Source: Anthoceros angustus
Taxonomy: Eukaryota; Plantae; Anthocerotophyta
Length of the DNA stretch: 64,000 nt
Assembly: GCA_010909165.1 (NCBI GenBank)
Contig: VJWM01000019.1
Coordinates: forward strand, 1,635,776 to 1,699,775
Reading direction: 5' to 3'
In this document: positions 1-12,216 of the stretch, piece by piece
How the letters are laid out: each line of letters opens with the position of its first letter
How positions within the stretch are numbered: position 1 is the first letter of the stretch
Notes under the pieces: generated by a model
What the model was told of the DNA's origin: nothing
Databases searched by the model: none
The model's input: only the letters and a program-made list of their open reading frames with translations
Program-made: the position numbers and the translations under genes

Positions 1-134
1 CAGCCACAAGAAACCCGAGCACAGCACCAAACCACAGGGGTGCAGCTGCATCCGCATCCCCAATTCCCGCCAGTCAGAATGCAAAGACGAAGCTGCTGCA
101 GAGCCTGGCAAGACAGATAAGAAATTGATCTCAC

Positions 135-312
135 CTAGAGCGTACGCAGCCAGGGTGCCCAGGCCGGCCCCGGCAGCGCTCACCCCAACAGGAACCAGCG
201 CCTTCCTCACCACCTTGTGCACTGTCTTGTAAAAGCGCGAGCGAACCACATTCCAGATCAAAGCGTACGCCTTGTCCTTCACCCAGTGCTTGAATCTCGC
301 CCACCTGCCCAT
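135..312 (-). CDS. First exon of an unidentified gene (MGRWARFKHWVKDKAYALIWNVVRSRFYKTVHKVVRKALVPVGVSAAGAGLGTLAAYALG...), continuing toward or beyond the window start
   Basis: ATG at 312, open frame of 59 codons + 1 nt, then a GTGAG donor at 134; basic N-terminus followed by a hydrophobic segment; no family recognised. Confidence 0.55.
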
Positions 313-392
313 CCCTTTCCACTTCCGCTAGCAGCGATCACCCCTGTCCCTAGGTGAGATCACCTGATCAGAATCATCTCCAATAGCAAGCC

Positions 393-442
393 TGCCCAAT
401 GCAGGACACGCGTCGAGTGCCCAATGCAGGACACGCGTCGAG
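393..442. repeat. Perfect 25-bp tandem duplication TGCCCAATGCAGGACACGCGTCGAG x2 in the divergent promoter
   Basis: Two exact adjacent copies at 393-417 and 418-442. Confidence 0.9.
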
Positions 443-878
443 CGCCACACCGGCGGTCGCATCGAGTGCCAGAGCGGTACCGGTACACAAGATTTCGCAC
501 GAGAATTTAAAAACCTGGGGGCATGTAACGGCCGACATCTGCTCAGGCACAGGTCCCGTTTGGATTTAATTTGCAAGGCCCAGCCCCAAGGGAGTGCCTT
601 TCCAGAAATTCTCAGGGGCCCCGAAAGGCCCAAGAGGGGGGTTGGAAAAAGTTTTCAACCAGCAATTGACGCGTCTCGGTTTGACCTCACAAACTGCGTC
701 ATTGCCCCAAGCGCAAAGATAACAACACCTTGTGGAGGGCCTGCTCATATAGTGCCTGGCGGGTTCACGGTTTTACTGGTCCAATATGGGTTTATTCCGA
801 GGTTCGTATTCCATGACCGGAGTTCCTGCCCGATACGACGGGGCAGGCTGGAGGGAAGGCAGCCAGTCCAGAGGTGTG

Positions 879-2845
879 ATGCTGCGTGCTGTTTCCTCCT
901 CCGCCTTGTGGCGGCCGGTTACGGGACTTGCTTGGATTCGTGGTGGGCCCGGCAGGAGATGGTGGAGTCCGCAGGACAATGCTCCCTTCCTCGCCCCGTC
1001 TTTCTCTTGGGTTGCTCCTGGTGCGAAGGTTGCTGGTAGTGGAAGGCGAATTTGTGCAGCTGGTGAGACCCTCTTTGGGCTTGCACGAAGGGAGCAACTG
1101 CAAGTTGGAACCTGACAAGTGTGCTTGTTCTTGGCATAGGCAGCCTACAGGACGAGATTGTGGGGGCGGATGGTAGTGAAAATGGTGAAGAGCTTGAAGA
1201 CATCCAGTCTGAGGATGAGCAGGCTGTGGAGCCAGGGAATCGTGGACGTGAGGCATGTTCTGTGACCTTTGGAATGGATTTTGTTTTATGCACGGAATGG
1301 CAGGAGAAAGCTCATTTTGTTTTAGGCACGATGTATCAGGGCAAGCTGGAGCCTGGGTTGTATCTGGTTGCAACCCCGATTGGGAATATGGAAGACATCA
1401 CCTTTCGGTGAGGAAGTGTTAATGCAGTAGGAAGGAGACCATGTACTTTCCCAGGCAGCCGTGATGACGTACTGGAGTGGTTGATGAACGATGTGCAGTG
1501 CCATTCGAGTTTTGAAATCAGCTCAGCGGATTCTTGCTGAGGATACCAGGCATTCGAGGAAGCTGCTTACCTACTACAACATTCATACGCGCATGGTGTG
1601 TCATTAACTTCACGGTAGTCTCTTCAACATGCCATGTCCCTCTGCGAGCTTCATGTCTCTTACCGGGATAGTGGTTTGCTACTCATGGGTCAGCTGGTGC
1701 TGAAATGCAGACGAGTTACCACAAGTTCAACGAGACTGCCAGCCAACAGAAGATTGTGGAATGGCTGCAGACGACAGAGGACATCGTTGCTCTCATATGT
1801 GATGCAGGCACCCCGGGGATCAGTGATCCTGGTGCTGATCTGGTATGCCTCACTCTACCATCCGCGCTGCCTTCTCCTGGCCTTGTAACATTCTGCCACT
1901 GACAAGCAGTTCACCTCTTAGGTGCTGGCTTGTGTGAGGGCAAAGGTTCCTGTGTATCCGATCCCCGGCCCTTCTGCTGTCATCACAGCGCTTATTGCAT
2001 CCGGCTTGTCTACGGAAGAGTTCTCATTCGGTGAGCTGCATTCTCTTCCCTTGCCCTCGTTGTGCAGATCGATACCTGAAGAAAGAGTGTGACTCAGTAA
2101 TGTGCTGATGGCAGTTGGGTTTCTTCCAGCACAAGCAAGTGCACGAAGACAGAGGCTGACAGCTGCTGCTCAGTCCCCTGGCACGCAGATATTCTATGTT
2201 CCTCCCCACAAACTGCAAAGCATCCTTGAAGACTGTATACTTGCCTTTGGAGGCTCCAGGTCTCGGAACATGTTTACAGCAACAACCTGAGCCAAGCTTG
2301 TCCTTTCTCTCTCGCATGGCCTCACCTTGAGCATGTATGTGGCAGGCAGTGTGTAGTTGCGAGAGAACTCACCAAAATTCATGAAGAAGTAGGTGAAAAA
2401 TACCTTTCTGTGATGACACTCACTGTCACTGCTCTGGTTGTACATTTACGAAGAATGCTCGATGGTTTCGCAGTTTTGGCGAGGGGATCTGACCGAGGCC
2501 CAGGAGGAGTTTACCAAGAGAACCCCACGAGGGGAAGTCACACTGCTGGTGGCTGGCACTTCTGGTGAAGCCCTGCCAACAGAGGAAGAGGTGGAGTCTC
2601 GAATTGAGTTCTTGCTGGCCTCGGGAATATCTCCTTCAGAGGTACTGCCACGAGCACAGGGCGTTCAGGGCGCTCTTTGTTCATCTGATTGCTCAACACA
2701 GCTCTGTGCACCTTCGCAGGCCAGCAGACAAGTGGCAAAGGAAACCTCAATGAGGAGGAACGTTGTGTATCCTCTTGCTCTGAAGTTGTTCACACGTAAG
2801 CGTCAGGAGGATCAGGTAGCAGGGAGCAAGTGGACACGCAAGTAG
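879..2845 (+). CDS. rsmI: 16S rRNA (cytidine-1402-2'-O)-methyltransferase RsmI-like protein with organellar transit peptide, multi-exon
   Basis: Motifs PGLYLVATPIGNMEDITFR, ILAEDTRHSRKLL, SYHKFNE, ALICDAGTPGISDPG, PIPGPSA, ARELTKIHEE, RGEVTLLV joined by GT-AG introns; stop at 2843-2845; ATG 879 inferred from transit-peptide-like sequence. Confidence 0.92.
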
Positions 2846-3355
2846 CATTAGCAGAAGGCTCCTGTGATGCTGCTGGGTTCCACTCCCACTAGCATCTAAT
2901 GGTACACATGCATGTCATGTTAGATCTTGCCTTGAAATAAACCAGGTGCATGAAAACCTGCTCAACAAGGACTACCACTGGGCATAGCAGACCTGAAGGA
3001 GCAGTACCCGTATCCACCAAGTTGTCTGGCGCCACTACTCCACTGCCCAATAGCCTCGACCACCTCCACATCAAACTGGAGTGACGGCGTATATGTGACG
3101 CTGATTCGGCTGCAGCCTGGGGACTAGTGGCTCCTGTAGCGAGCTCGAGCCTGCTTACTGTCATTGATCAAGCTGAAACCAGTTGGCTTTCCCTTTGATA
3201 CTTGATTGTCGTAGAATAGCCTAAACGCTACGTTAGCCCGGAGGACGATTCTCTTTCGGTACGTATTCCTAGAACAGCGGGATCAATTTCAACTGTAGAA
3301 ACCGATTTGTTATAATCCACGAGCAAATGTAGCTACAGCAGCTTACCGTGGCGCT

Positions 3356-3452
3356 TTGTTGTGTATGGACAAATGGAGGAGGCAGGCCTCATGTTGGCTA
3401 AGCTTGTCACTTTTGCTTGCCTTCTCAAGACTTGTGGAAGCAAATTGTGGTG
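3356..3452 (+). pseudogene. Single degenerate PLS-type PPR motif remnant
   Basis: Frame reads YGQMEEAGLMLAKLVTFACLLKTCGS, resembling the plant PPR consensus Y..M...G..P..VTF..LLKACG; no further repeats. Confidence 0.5.
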
Positions 3453-3461
3453 AACTGGGAG

Positions 3462-4769
3462 GCTGCCAGGGCAAGGGACCGTTGGATGTTAAGGTTGTGG
3501 TCAAGCTCCAAGAAATCAGCTGTTGCTTGGAGCTGAGCACATTATTGCAGCTATCCAGAAACTGATGGCCTTGATTTTGATGGTTGCTGTGGCAAATCTC
3601 CGTCTCATCAGTTCACGTGTTTGTTGCAGGTAAGAAAATCGACTTCATTAAAGCTTGTGGCTGGGTAGGTCTTACTGCCAGCTAGGTTCACCTGGTTTAG
3701 TTTGATTGTACGAGACTCGGCTGCTGTGACCGCAGGAACCAGGAAAGGTCGATCAAGGTCTGCCAAGAAGGAAGACACTGCAGAGCAGCCCTTGAAAAGG
3801 GGCAGGGCTACAAAAGCCAAGACAATTGCTACTAGGCAGCAGAAGGCAGCAGTTGGGCACGGCACTAGAAGTCAATCTGTAGCAGTGTCCAGAAAGGGCT
3901 TGCAGTGTACAGAACGGCTTGCAATCCGAGAACTACCTCCTCTCCAGTCTGGTCTCGTCAATTCAGCAGTTTACAAGCGTTGGGTGCGTACGGATGTGTT
4001 CAGGAGATATGTCCTGGTGCTACATTTCCCAACATAACAAGCTGCGTGCACACGAGATGGGGAACCTGGGTTGCGGGTTTGCATGTCGCTTCTGAGGAGG
4101 CCTGCTTCTCTGGTTTGATCCTCTCAGCAGCAGCTTGGAGACCTTCAAGTAGCATTCCACTTTTTGTAGAGGAATAGCAAGACATGAGAGAGAGTTCAGG
4201 TATCGAACATCGGCTATATTTTTGTTCTTGGGGAATAAAATGTAAGACCCACTTTCAGGGTTTCGGTTAGCAGTTGTTCAGTATGCTGTAGAAAAAGCCA
4301 GCCTTCGTAAGGCAGTCGGATCAGGTGCAGGGCGCTCTGCCGAGCAATGGCTTCGCTGAGGTAGGCGCTGTCCAGCATAGCAGACAACTTTCTACAAGTG
4401 TTTTTGTGTAGTTAAATAAATTGGTTATTCTAGAAGGATGACTGCTGGAAGTAGAATCTCTAACTACCTTCCGACGTCACAGACGAACTACAAGGTATCA
4501 GCAATCACATGCCATCACACAGATCCCTGTGAACCAGGGAGCCATTTCTCTCTCCCAAAATTCTGTAGCGTCTGCATCTCCATCAAAGGTGCTTGAGTTA
4601 CAGATGCCGAAGCGCAGTTCATTACGTTTGGCACGGCTAGTTCTATAAGAACAGAAACATGGCTTCGCACAGAAAATTTTCCAAGCAAAATAGAAGACCT
4701 CATTCTCATTTCCCAACCCAAATTATGTCCTACATCCCTGTGTTGAATGAAGGTCTGCGTTGCACAATC
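3462..4769 (+). pseudogene. Chimeric duplicated segment: 3' part of the Fpg locus (18423-19909, with internal deletions) fused to the 3' part of the unknown gene (14970-15470)
   Basis: Long near-identical blocks, e.g. GCTGCCAGGGCAAGGGACCGTTGG at 3462 and 18423, and AGTATGCTGTAGAAAAA at 4280 and 14970. Confidence 0.93.
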
Positions 4770-5287
4770 CTTGTTACAGGGCAGACACAATCTCACATAA
4801 GCAGCGATGAGCGAAAGCGTGCTCAGCACGCTGCCAACGGTGACGACAGGAACAGGAGTGGTTATTGAAATCCCTTTGAAGGCCTGGTGATCTCACGCCT
4901 TCAAGATCAAGGACCTTGGTGAAACAAGCACGACCGCAGGTCGGCAAGCAACCGCATCTGCTGCCGGAGGCCAAGATCGATAGCTGCTGTGCCCAGGAAG
5001 GGTGCCGGACCACCACCACCACCATAGCGGCGATACGTCGTGCCACCTTCGCCGCCGCCGCCACCGCCTCACACCTTGAGAAGCAACACAGCCTTTACAC
5101 TTTTAATTGTTTACTTGACGCCAATAAAATATAAAATTAAGTCGTTCGTAAGTGTCAAAATTCGTGTCAGCCGTGAAAGGAACAATGGGGCTGATGCTGT
5201 ACGTGGGACCATGTGCTCTGGCCGAAAAAAGTAGCAGCCTGCTAGATGGCAGCCTGGCAAAGTCGGACTCCAACCCTGCGGCCAAGT

Positions 5288-7233
5288 TCACCGAACTTCC
5301 GTCGCCTTGAGGTAGTTGTCAGCAGCCACAGCCACTGACTGAACTGTTACCGGCACACCTCGACCCATCTACACTCTCAACCAGACTAGATTGGTCTCGT
5401 TTTCATATACTTAAACGAAGAACAAACAGCTGTACCGGAGGCCAAGGAAAACGAGCTTACCGTAGATGTCAGATAAATCTTATGCACGTATCCCGCATAC
5501 CGTGAGCCTGGAGATCAGTTGATCCACAACATGAGGACACTTCACAACAAGAAACGACGCTATACGTATGCAGGGACTCACTTTTCTTCAACCCCACGGG
5601 TTTAGCTCCCAATAGCGCAGCCACGAAGGCAGCGATATTCTCTTGCAGAGCTGCTTCGGAGAAGCTAACCTGTCAGAGGTTACCCTTGGTGATCAGTCAG
5701 TCACCTTTTGCTGTTAGGCAACGAGAGAAAGCCTGAAGATTTCTACAATATCAACGAGAATGAACGTTTACACTACAAGAGTGACCAGGGCTAGGACCGC
5801 CTGCCTTGCCGAGTCCAGCGTGAACGATGCCAGTTTTGTCCACTCTGAAGTCAACTCGTCCCTGTTTGGCAGCTTTCACCGCTTCCGCAACATTGTTCGT
5901 CACAGAGCCTACCTGCCAGAGAGAGCGAATTAAGTTCCTGAACTAGAAACACACTGAACTGTTGGACAAACAAACCTCAAGGTAGAACCCAAAATCACCT
6001 TCGGATTTGGCATTAGCCCTCTGGGCCCTAAAATGCGTGCCACCTGTTGAAGACAGAACAGTGAGGTCTCGCACACACGGGCACTGCTGCCTATTTGACA
6101 CCGCATCTAGTCAACTTGAACCTTTAACAGAACTCAAAGCGAGACACGCAAAATCAGCCTATCAGCCACAACCTTGCCGAGTTTCGGCATAAAAGCTGGA
6201 GTGGCAATGCATTTATCAAACTCCAATTTTCCCCCACCTGCAAAGCAAGTGCAATACGCATCAACACCTAGTTATTCACGGCCCTCAGACCACATTAGGC
6301 CAGGCACAAAATGTGACCATTGCTTCCCATAACAGGACGCAACTTACCATCCTTAATGGCATTCACTAGCTCGTCAGCACCAACAATGTCCGCTCCCGCA
6401 GCTTCAGCTTCCTGAGCAGCTGCCCCCTCCGCGAACACTGCCACCCTCACCACCTATTCCCAGCATGAATTCACATTGCTTGCCCTAGCACATAAAAGGC
6501 AGGACAATGGCCGAGCTCATACAACGTAGGATGAGCAACAACACTGACCTTCCCACTACCATGGGGAAGAGTTGCAGCACCACGGACCATCTGCAACCAA
6601 CACAAAACCACAAACCCTAATAAACCACACCGTTCCCCACCCCTTTCTCCCCTCCCCCCCAATGCAAATTCAAGACACCACAAAAACCGACCTGATCTCC
6701 TCGCCGTGGATCAACACCGAGCCGAACATGAGCCTCCACAGTCTCATCGAATCGAGCACGGGCCCCTGTCTACATCCCGAAAATGCAAGCCAATCAGCTC
6801 CGAGACCTGCCATCCTCCATTCAAACGGGCAGCAACTTCCTCCCACCTTCACAAGCCGGATGGCATCCATCAACCCGACCGGATCCGGCCGCTTCTCGAA
6901 CTTCTTGGCAGCGAATCCAGGAACTGGAATTTCCTCAACCTTCGGCTTCGGAACCCGCTTCACGGCCGCCTGCTGCTGCCTCACCACAGCCTCCGGCACC
7001 TCCACACGCACCCGATCCTCCGGCAGCGGCGCCACCCGCGGCTTCTGCAGCTGCACCAGCAGCTCCGAGAGGTTGTATGCGCCGCCGGAGGACGAAGCGG
7101 GATCAGCGCTTCCGCCACCATTTCCCGCATCAGCCGAGAAACATCGACAGGACCGGCAAGCCGCCGTCGCCCGCCCTCCCACAGACGGAAGCAGCCGCTG
7201 CCTGGCCGCCCGCATCGCCATCCCCGACGCCAT
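5288..7233 (-). CDS. RPL1: Organellar (probably mitochondrial) 50S ribosomal protein L1, multi-exon
   Basis: Exons read [45 protein letters not shown]...[53 protein letters not shown]; long R/A/S-rich N-terminal presequence. Confidence 0.93.
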
Positions 7234-7701
7234 CGTCTCCCATCCAATTCTCGAACCCCTGATTGCAAATTACCTCACTGAAAAAATCGAAGAATAAGCA
7301 CGTTTCATTTCACGAACCAAGGCTAGACGAGGCAAAATCTTCGAGCGCTTGGCCTCCATGCGAAAGCCACGCGCGGAATATTTACCCGGTCAGTTTCACC
7401 CGGCAGGTCACCTGCACGAGACTCGCAGCGAGCAATGGGAGACGGCCACGTCTGCCGTGAGCATCCTCGGGCCTGTGGAGCTCTGGTGCAGGAATTTTGT
7501 GTGGAGCGTGAAGCCAAGGAGAGATGCCGGCACCATAGAGTGCGGACGCGGGTCGTGAAGAGTTTTCGGATAGAAACGTGGGTTGCATCGCGAATTCCAG
7601 GCTAGCGGTGGAGGAGGGTGTCGAGGCAGGGAGCGGGAAGGGATAGATTTTGTGGGTTGTAGAATTTCTCTGAGCTTTCGGGGGATTCTGGATTGTCCAG
7701 G
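7234..7701. promoter_or_regulatory. Shared bidirectional promoter/5'UTR region between RPL1 and SufB
   Basis: Divergent start codons only ~470 bp apart. Confidence 0.6.
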
Positions 7702-9528
7702 ATGACAGCAACGGTGGCGGTTTGCGGGGCTGTGGGAGCTGCTGCGGGAGCGTCTTCCTCTCAGCCCTTGGTGGGCGGTTTGAGGACGAGGCAGCCGGGG
7801 AGGGGATGGCAGTCTCTAGGGTTCTCCAACAGCGCGGGATTCGGGTCGCTGGATTTGGTAGCACAGGCTGTGCGTGCCGAGGAGCGGCCAGAGGTGCGTC
7901 GGTTTGGTATCAGGTGTGACGCTACAGCTGCGGAGGCAGCTGCCGAGGCGTCCTCTTCTGTTGTGCTGGAGAAGAAGAGCTCCAGCGAGGAGACCATACA
8001 GAATTTCCTCCAGCGGGAATACAAGTGGGGGTTTGTGTCGGATATTGAGTCGGTGTCTATCCCGAAGGGGCTGTCGGAGGAGACTATCAGGTTGATATCG
8101 GCGAAGAAGAAGGAGCCGGAGTGGATGCTAACTTTCCGTCTGAATGCGTACAAGCAATGGCTGAAGATGAAGGAGCCGGCCTGGAGCGATAACCGCTACC
8201 CGAGTATCGACTTTCAGGATATTTGCTACTACACGGAGCCCAAGCAGCAGGAGAAGAAGCAGAGCTTGGATGAGGTTGATCCTGACTTGTTGGAGACGTT
8301 TGCCAAGCTCGGAATTCCTCTTACAGAACAGAAGCGGCTGGCGAATGTGGCTGTGGATGCTGTTTTCGACAGCGTGTCTATTGCTACCACGCATAGGAAG
8401 ACGTTAGCGGCTTCGGGAGTCATCTTCTGTTCGATATCCGAGGCTGTGAGGGAGTATCCCGAGCTTATTAAGAAGTATCTAGGCAAGGTTGTTCCTGTTA
8501 CTGACAACTACTACGCTGCTTTGAACTCTGCAGTGTTCAGTGATGGGTCCTTCTGCTACATACCGAAGAACACGGTGTGCCCCATGGACATTTCCACGTA
8601 CTTCAGGATTAATGCTCTGGAGACAGGACAGTTTGAGAGGACCTTGATTATAGCCGAGGAAGGAAGCGAAGTTAACTATCTCGAAGGCTGCACAGCCCCT
8701 TCGTATGATAGAAATCAGCTTCATGCTGCGGTCGTGGAGCTGTTTTGTGCGGAGCGTGCGAAAATCAACTACTCTACTGTGCAGAATTGGTATGCAGGTG
8801 ACGACCAAGGGAAGGGTGGTATATACAACTTTGTCACCAAAAGAGGGCTGTGTGATGGGGCCAACTCTTTGATCTCCTGGACTCAAGTGGAGACGGGATC
8901 TGCAATCACCTGGAAGTACCCGAGTGTGGTGTTGAAAGGGGACAACTCGGTGGGCGAGTTTTACTCTGTGGCGCTGACAAACAAAATGCAGCAGGCAGAC
9001 ACTGGGACGAAAATGATCCATGTTGGAAAGAACACACGAAGCCGAATCATCTCCAAAGGAATATCAGCCGGCCAATCTCGGAACTGCTACAGGGGTCTGG
9101 TACAGGTGCAACCTTCAGCTCACAATTCGAGGAACTTCTCTCAGTGTGATTCAATGCTGATTGGTGATAAAGCTGGTGCCAACACGTATCCTTACATTCA
9201 GGTATGCCGTCTGCTATCAGGTTTAGAAGGTCATGTGGAGTCTATTGTGCTCCAAGACCCCTCGTCGTTGTCCCTTACACCATGATGTTTCCCTTCTTTG
9301 TGGCCACAGGTAAAAGATCCAACAGCAAGAGTTGAGCACGAAGCAAGCACCTCGAAAATCAGTGACGACCAGCTTTTCTACTTCAGACAAAGAGGCATTG
9401 ATACAGAAAGGGCCGTTGCTGCAATCATCAGCGGCTTCTGCAGGGATGTCTTCAACAAGCTCCCCCGAGAGTTCGCTTCAGAAGTTAACCAGCTAATGAG
9501 TCTGAAGCTGGAGGGTAGTGTCGGATAA
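7702..9528 (+). CDS. SUFB: Plastid Fe-S cluster assembly scaffold SufB (ABCI8/NAP1-like), 2 exons (7702-9201, 9310-9528)
   Basis: Transit peptide then [87 protein letters not shown]...LEGSVG*; GT-AG intron 9202-9309. Confidence 0.97.
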
Positions 9529-10299
9529 TTGCTCAGCAACTTGGGTGCGCCTCTTGCCGTGCGGTTTCCTCTTGTATTATTTTTAAGCACTTATTAGTAA
9601 GAGTCCATGTGAGCCTTGCCCACAGCAAGGAAAGGCATCTTTGAGCTGGTTTGCAACAGGAGAAGGTTCCTAGTGACGAGCGAGCCGTGGCCCCCAAACG
9701 GTTGTAACGCCGCATAGTCCTCCAAGAAGCATTCTCCAAGATGCAGTCAGTCCTGACGTCGCTGTGGGATGCAACGGCCTGTGATGCACTGCAACTAAAG
9801 CCACTGCGGATCCGGGAGGCTAAACATGAGGCTAGCAAGCACTCAGATTCAGCAGCTTGTAGATTTCGATGTGTGAATTGTACCCTGGTATGTGTTCGAT
9901 GTCATATTTGGCTTCAATCTTTGTCATCTCGGTCTTCCTAACCATCAAACCTCTAAACTAGGTCTAGTTTTCCAAACGCCGTGAGGCGTCCTTTAGCGAT
10001 AAGCCCGAGCCCTTGTTCCGGTCAGCCAAAGCCCGAGCGCGTAACGAGACCGACAAGGCAAATCTCACTTGTTTTCAAGAACTATTAGAACAGGGTAAGA
10101 GCCCTTCCCACTAACTCTCGTGAGGGTTGAGGGTTTGTCTTCGTTATGATCACTAAAGTTTTTGCACGAAATTGATATACCTATTTTTGCATACACTCAG
10201 TGGTCTGGTAGATCTGTCACTATTGCATACCGAGATATGAGAAAACATGTGATCTCAACCATGGATTTCAATGCCACCTTGTTGTTGTGTGGTATTGGT

Positions 10300-11030
10300 T
10301 ATGGAATACCGATATGGTCACTCGGCATCGTGTGTGTGTGACTTTTTTTTTTGGGTGTACGCTACAGAAATATGCCATGACATCTTTCAGATATTTGCAT
10401 ACAATATACGTATAATACGTGCCACATCAGCTTCTGTAGCTTCATACGCGGGGCAAAAACTTTCTACGACACGATGATAGCCTGGTGTTCTGATTGTGTC
10501 ATGCATGCGCATGTTTTCTTGTTTAGGGTTTTAGGGTTCCGATCACCACACATACATGTTAAACAGGCAGCCAAGACACACATACTGCACCCCATAGGGG
10601 ACAGGCCTAGCAAACATTGCAGCCCTATATGCAGCCAGTGCCAAACACTGTAGCTTTGCACGTAAGGGCAAACGCACTCAGCCGCGTCGCAAACATAGAC
10701 GATGAGTGCAGCGCAAACGCAATTGCAAATGGTGGGCACAACGCAAACGCAACCGCTCACATACAGCACCCAGTGCCGCAATGGCGCGGCAACGCAAATG
10801 ACCCTAAACGCAACCCTAAACCCGAGAGAAGAAAGGTTTCTGTATATCGTGAAAGCTTTGTGTGCATCATGGGGTAGGTTGACGACATCGGTACACCGGG
10901 TGGCCGCAGCCCCGATCGATGTGGTCATGCATGACCTACCGAAATAGTTCCGCCGTATACGGCAAGACTGTTTCTTTCTGTCCACAACCCTAAAAAAATG
11001 TGGATGCCGATGATGGATCCAGATTCCATA
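10300..11030 (+). mobile_element. Non-autonomous TIR element copy A (~730 bp)
   Basis: Left end TATGGAATACCGATATGGTCA; degenerate right end ...GGATCCAGATTCCATA; homologous over its whole length to inverted copy B. Confidence 0.8.
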
Positions 11031-11376
11031 CACGGCGAAAGAGTGAAGGAGGGCGGGAATACTTACCAGCGAAATCTCAAAGGTATGGAATACCGATCTC
11101 GTCACGGAGCCGTTTAGGGTTTTTTTTTCGATGGTGACAAAAGAAGTTTTTCTGCCGCATATGGCGGGAAAACTTCTCATGTCACACACTTGACGACATC
11201 GGCCGTGGGCGCTTGCCCCCCTCGTGTCTCGATGTCGTCAAGTGGTGTGTGAAGATTCTTTTTAGGTTGTGACACACAAGGTTTTCTTTTTTAGGGCTGT
11301 CAGAACATGGACCTTCGCACATCCATCCTGCATGACCCCATCTGCCCGTCAGTTTGCCATAAACAAACCGTCACCA

Positions 11377-11777
11377 GGCCTTTGTGGCAGATAGCTTGGA
11401 GGAGCCATCCGCGCCTCGCGCCACTAGCTTTCGCAGCCATCCAGGCCTTTGTGGCAGATAGCCTGGAGGAGCCATCTACACCTCACATGCCTGGCTTTCG
11501 CAGCCATCCAGGCCTCGCGCGCCTGGCTTTCGCAGTCATCCAGGCCTTTGTGGCACATAGCCTGCAGCAGCCATCTGGGCCTCGCGCGATTGGCTTTTGC
11601 AGCCATCCAGGCCTTTGTGGCACATAGCCTACAGCAACCATCCGGGCCTCGGGCGACTGGCTTTCGCAGCCATCCAAGCCTTTGTGGCACATAGCCTGCA
11701 GGAGCCATTCGGGCCTCGCGCGACTGGCTTTCGCAGCCATCCAGGCCTTTGTGGCACATAGCCTACAGGAGCCATCC
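11377..11777. repeat. Minisatellite of ~6 copies of a 67-bp unit inside element C
   Basis: Unit GGCCTTTGTGGCACATAGCC...GCAGCCATCCA starts at 11377, 11444, 11511 (partial), 11543, 11610, 11677, 11744. Confidence 0.92.
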
Positions 11778-11965
11778 ATGTGCGGTACAAGCAAACCCTA
11801 AACATGAGTATGTGTGTTTGACAAAAACCCTAAATGGCAGAAAGAAAAGTAGATGACGAGATCGGAATACGAGGGGGCAAGTTGAGAGACAAAAAAACTT
11901 TGTGGTGCAAGGGGGCAAGTTGCGAGACAAAAAAAACTTTGTGGCGCCTACGGCCCATAGTGCGT

Positions 11966-12058
11966 TGATGTGGCCCGTATGTGATGAAGGAATCTTGAAG
12001 ATACCTGGGCATGATGTGGCCCGTATGTGATGAAGGAATCTTGAAGATGCCTGGGCAT
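11966..12058. repeat. 46-bp tandem duplication inside element C
   Basis: TGATGTGGCCCGTATGTGATGAAGGAATCTTGAAGAT(A/G)CCTGGGCA at 11966 and 12012. Confidence 0.9.
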
Positions 12059-12216
12059 CTTCAAGATTAATACTGGAGAAAAAAAACTTGTCACAGAGAC
12101 CCTGCCTCGTGACGAGATCGGTATTCCATACAAAGGCCAGGTGCGTTCCAACACCTAATCGAGGAAAAGTAAAAACCACACCGTTTTTTTGTTTCATCTC
12201 TATCGTTACCAATATT

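Larger units (their letters stand above)
11084..12130. mobile_element. Non-autonomous TIR element C (1047 bp) of the same terminal family, with a 6-bp TSD
   Basis: Perfect 23-bp TIRs TATGGAATACCGATCTCGTCACG (11084-11106 / 12108-12130); CAAAGG at both 11078-11083 and 12131-12136. Confidence 0.88.

Noticed and set aside
560-1373. Overlapping ORFs 560-1039 (+) and 792-1373 (-)
   Set aside because: Shadow frames over the RsmI promoter and first exons; no recognisable motifs
6572-7297. 241-aa, 191-aa and 159-aa plus-strand ORFs
   Set aside because: Antisense shadows of the GC-rich first exon of RPL1
7693-9285. SufB as a single 530-aa ORF starting at TTG 7693
   Set aside because: The true ATG is at 7702, and the tail after YPYIQ is intron read-through; the conserved C-terminus is in exon 2
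11377-11777. 67-bp repeat array as a CRISPR array or repeat-protein ORFs (11307-11794)
   Set aside because: Units are contiguous without unique spacers, there are no cas genes, and the context is eukaryotic; the ORFs in several frames are by-products of the minisatellite
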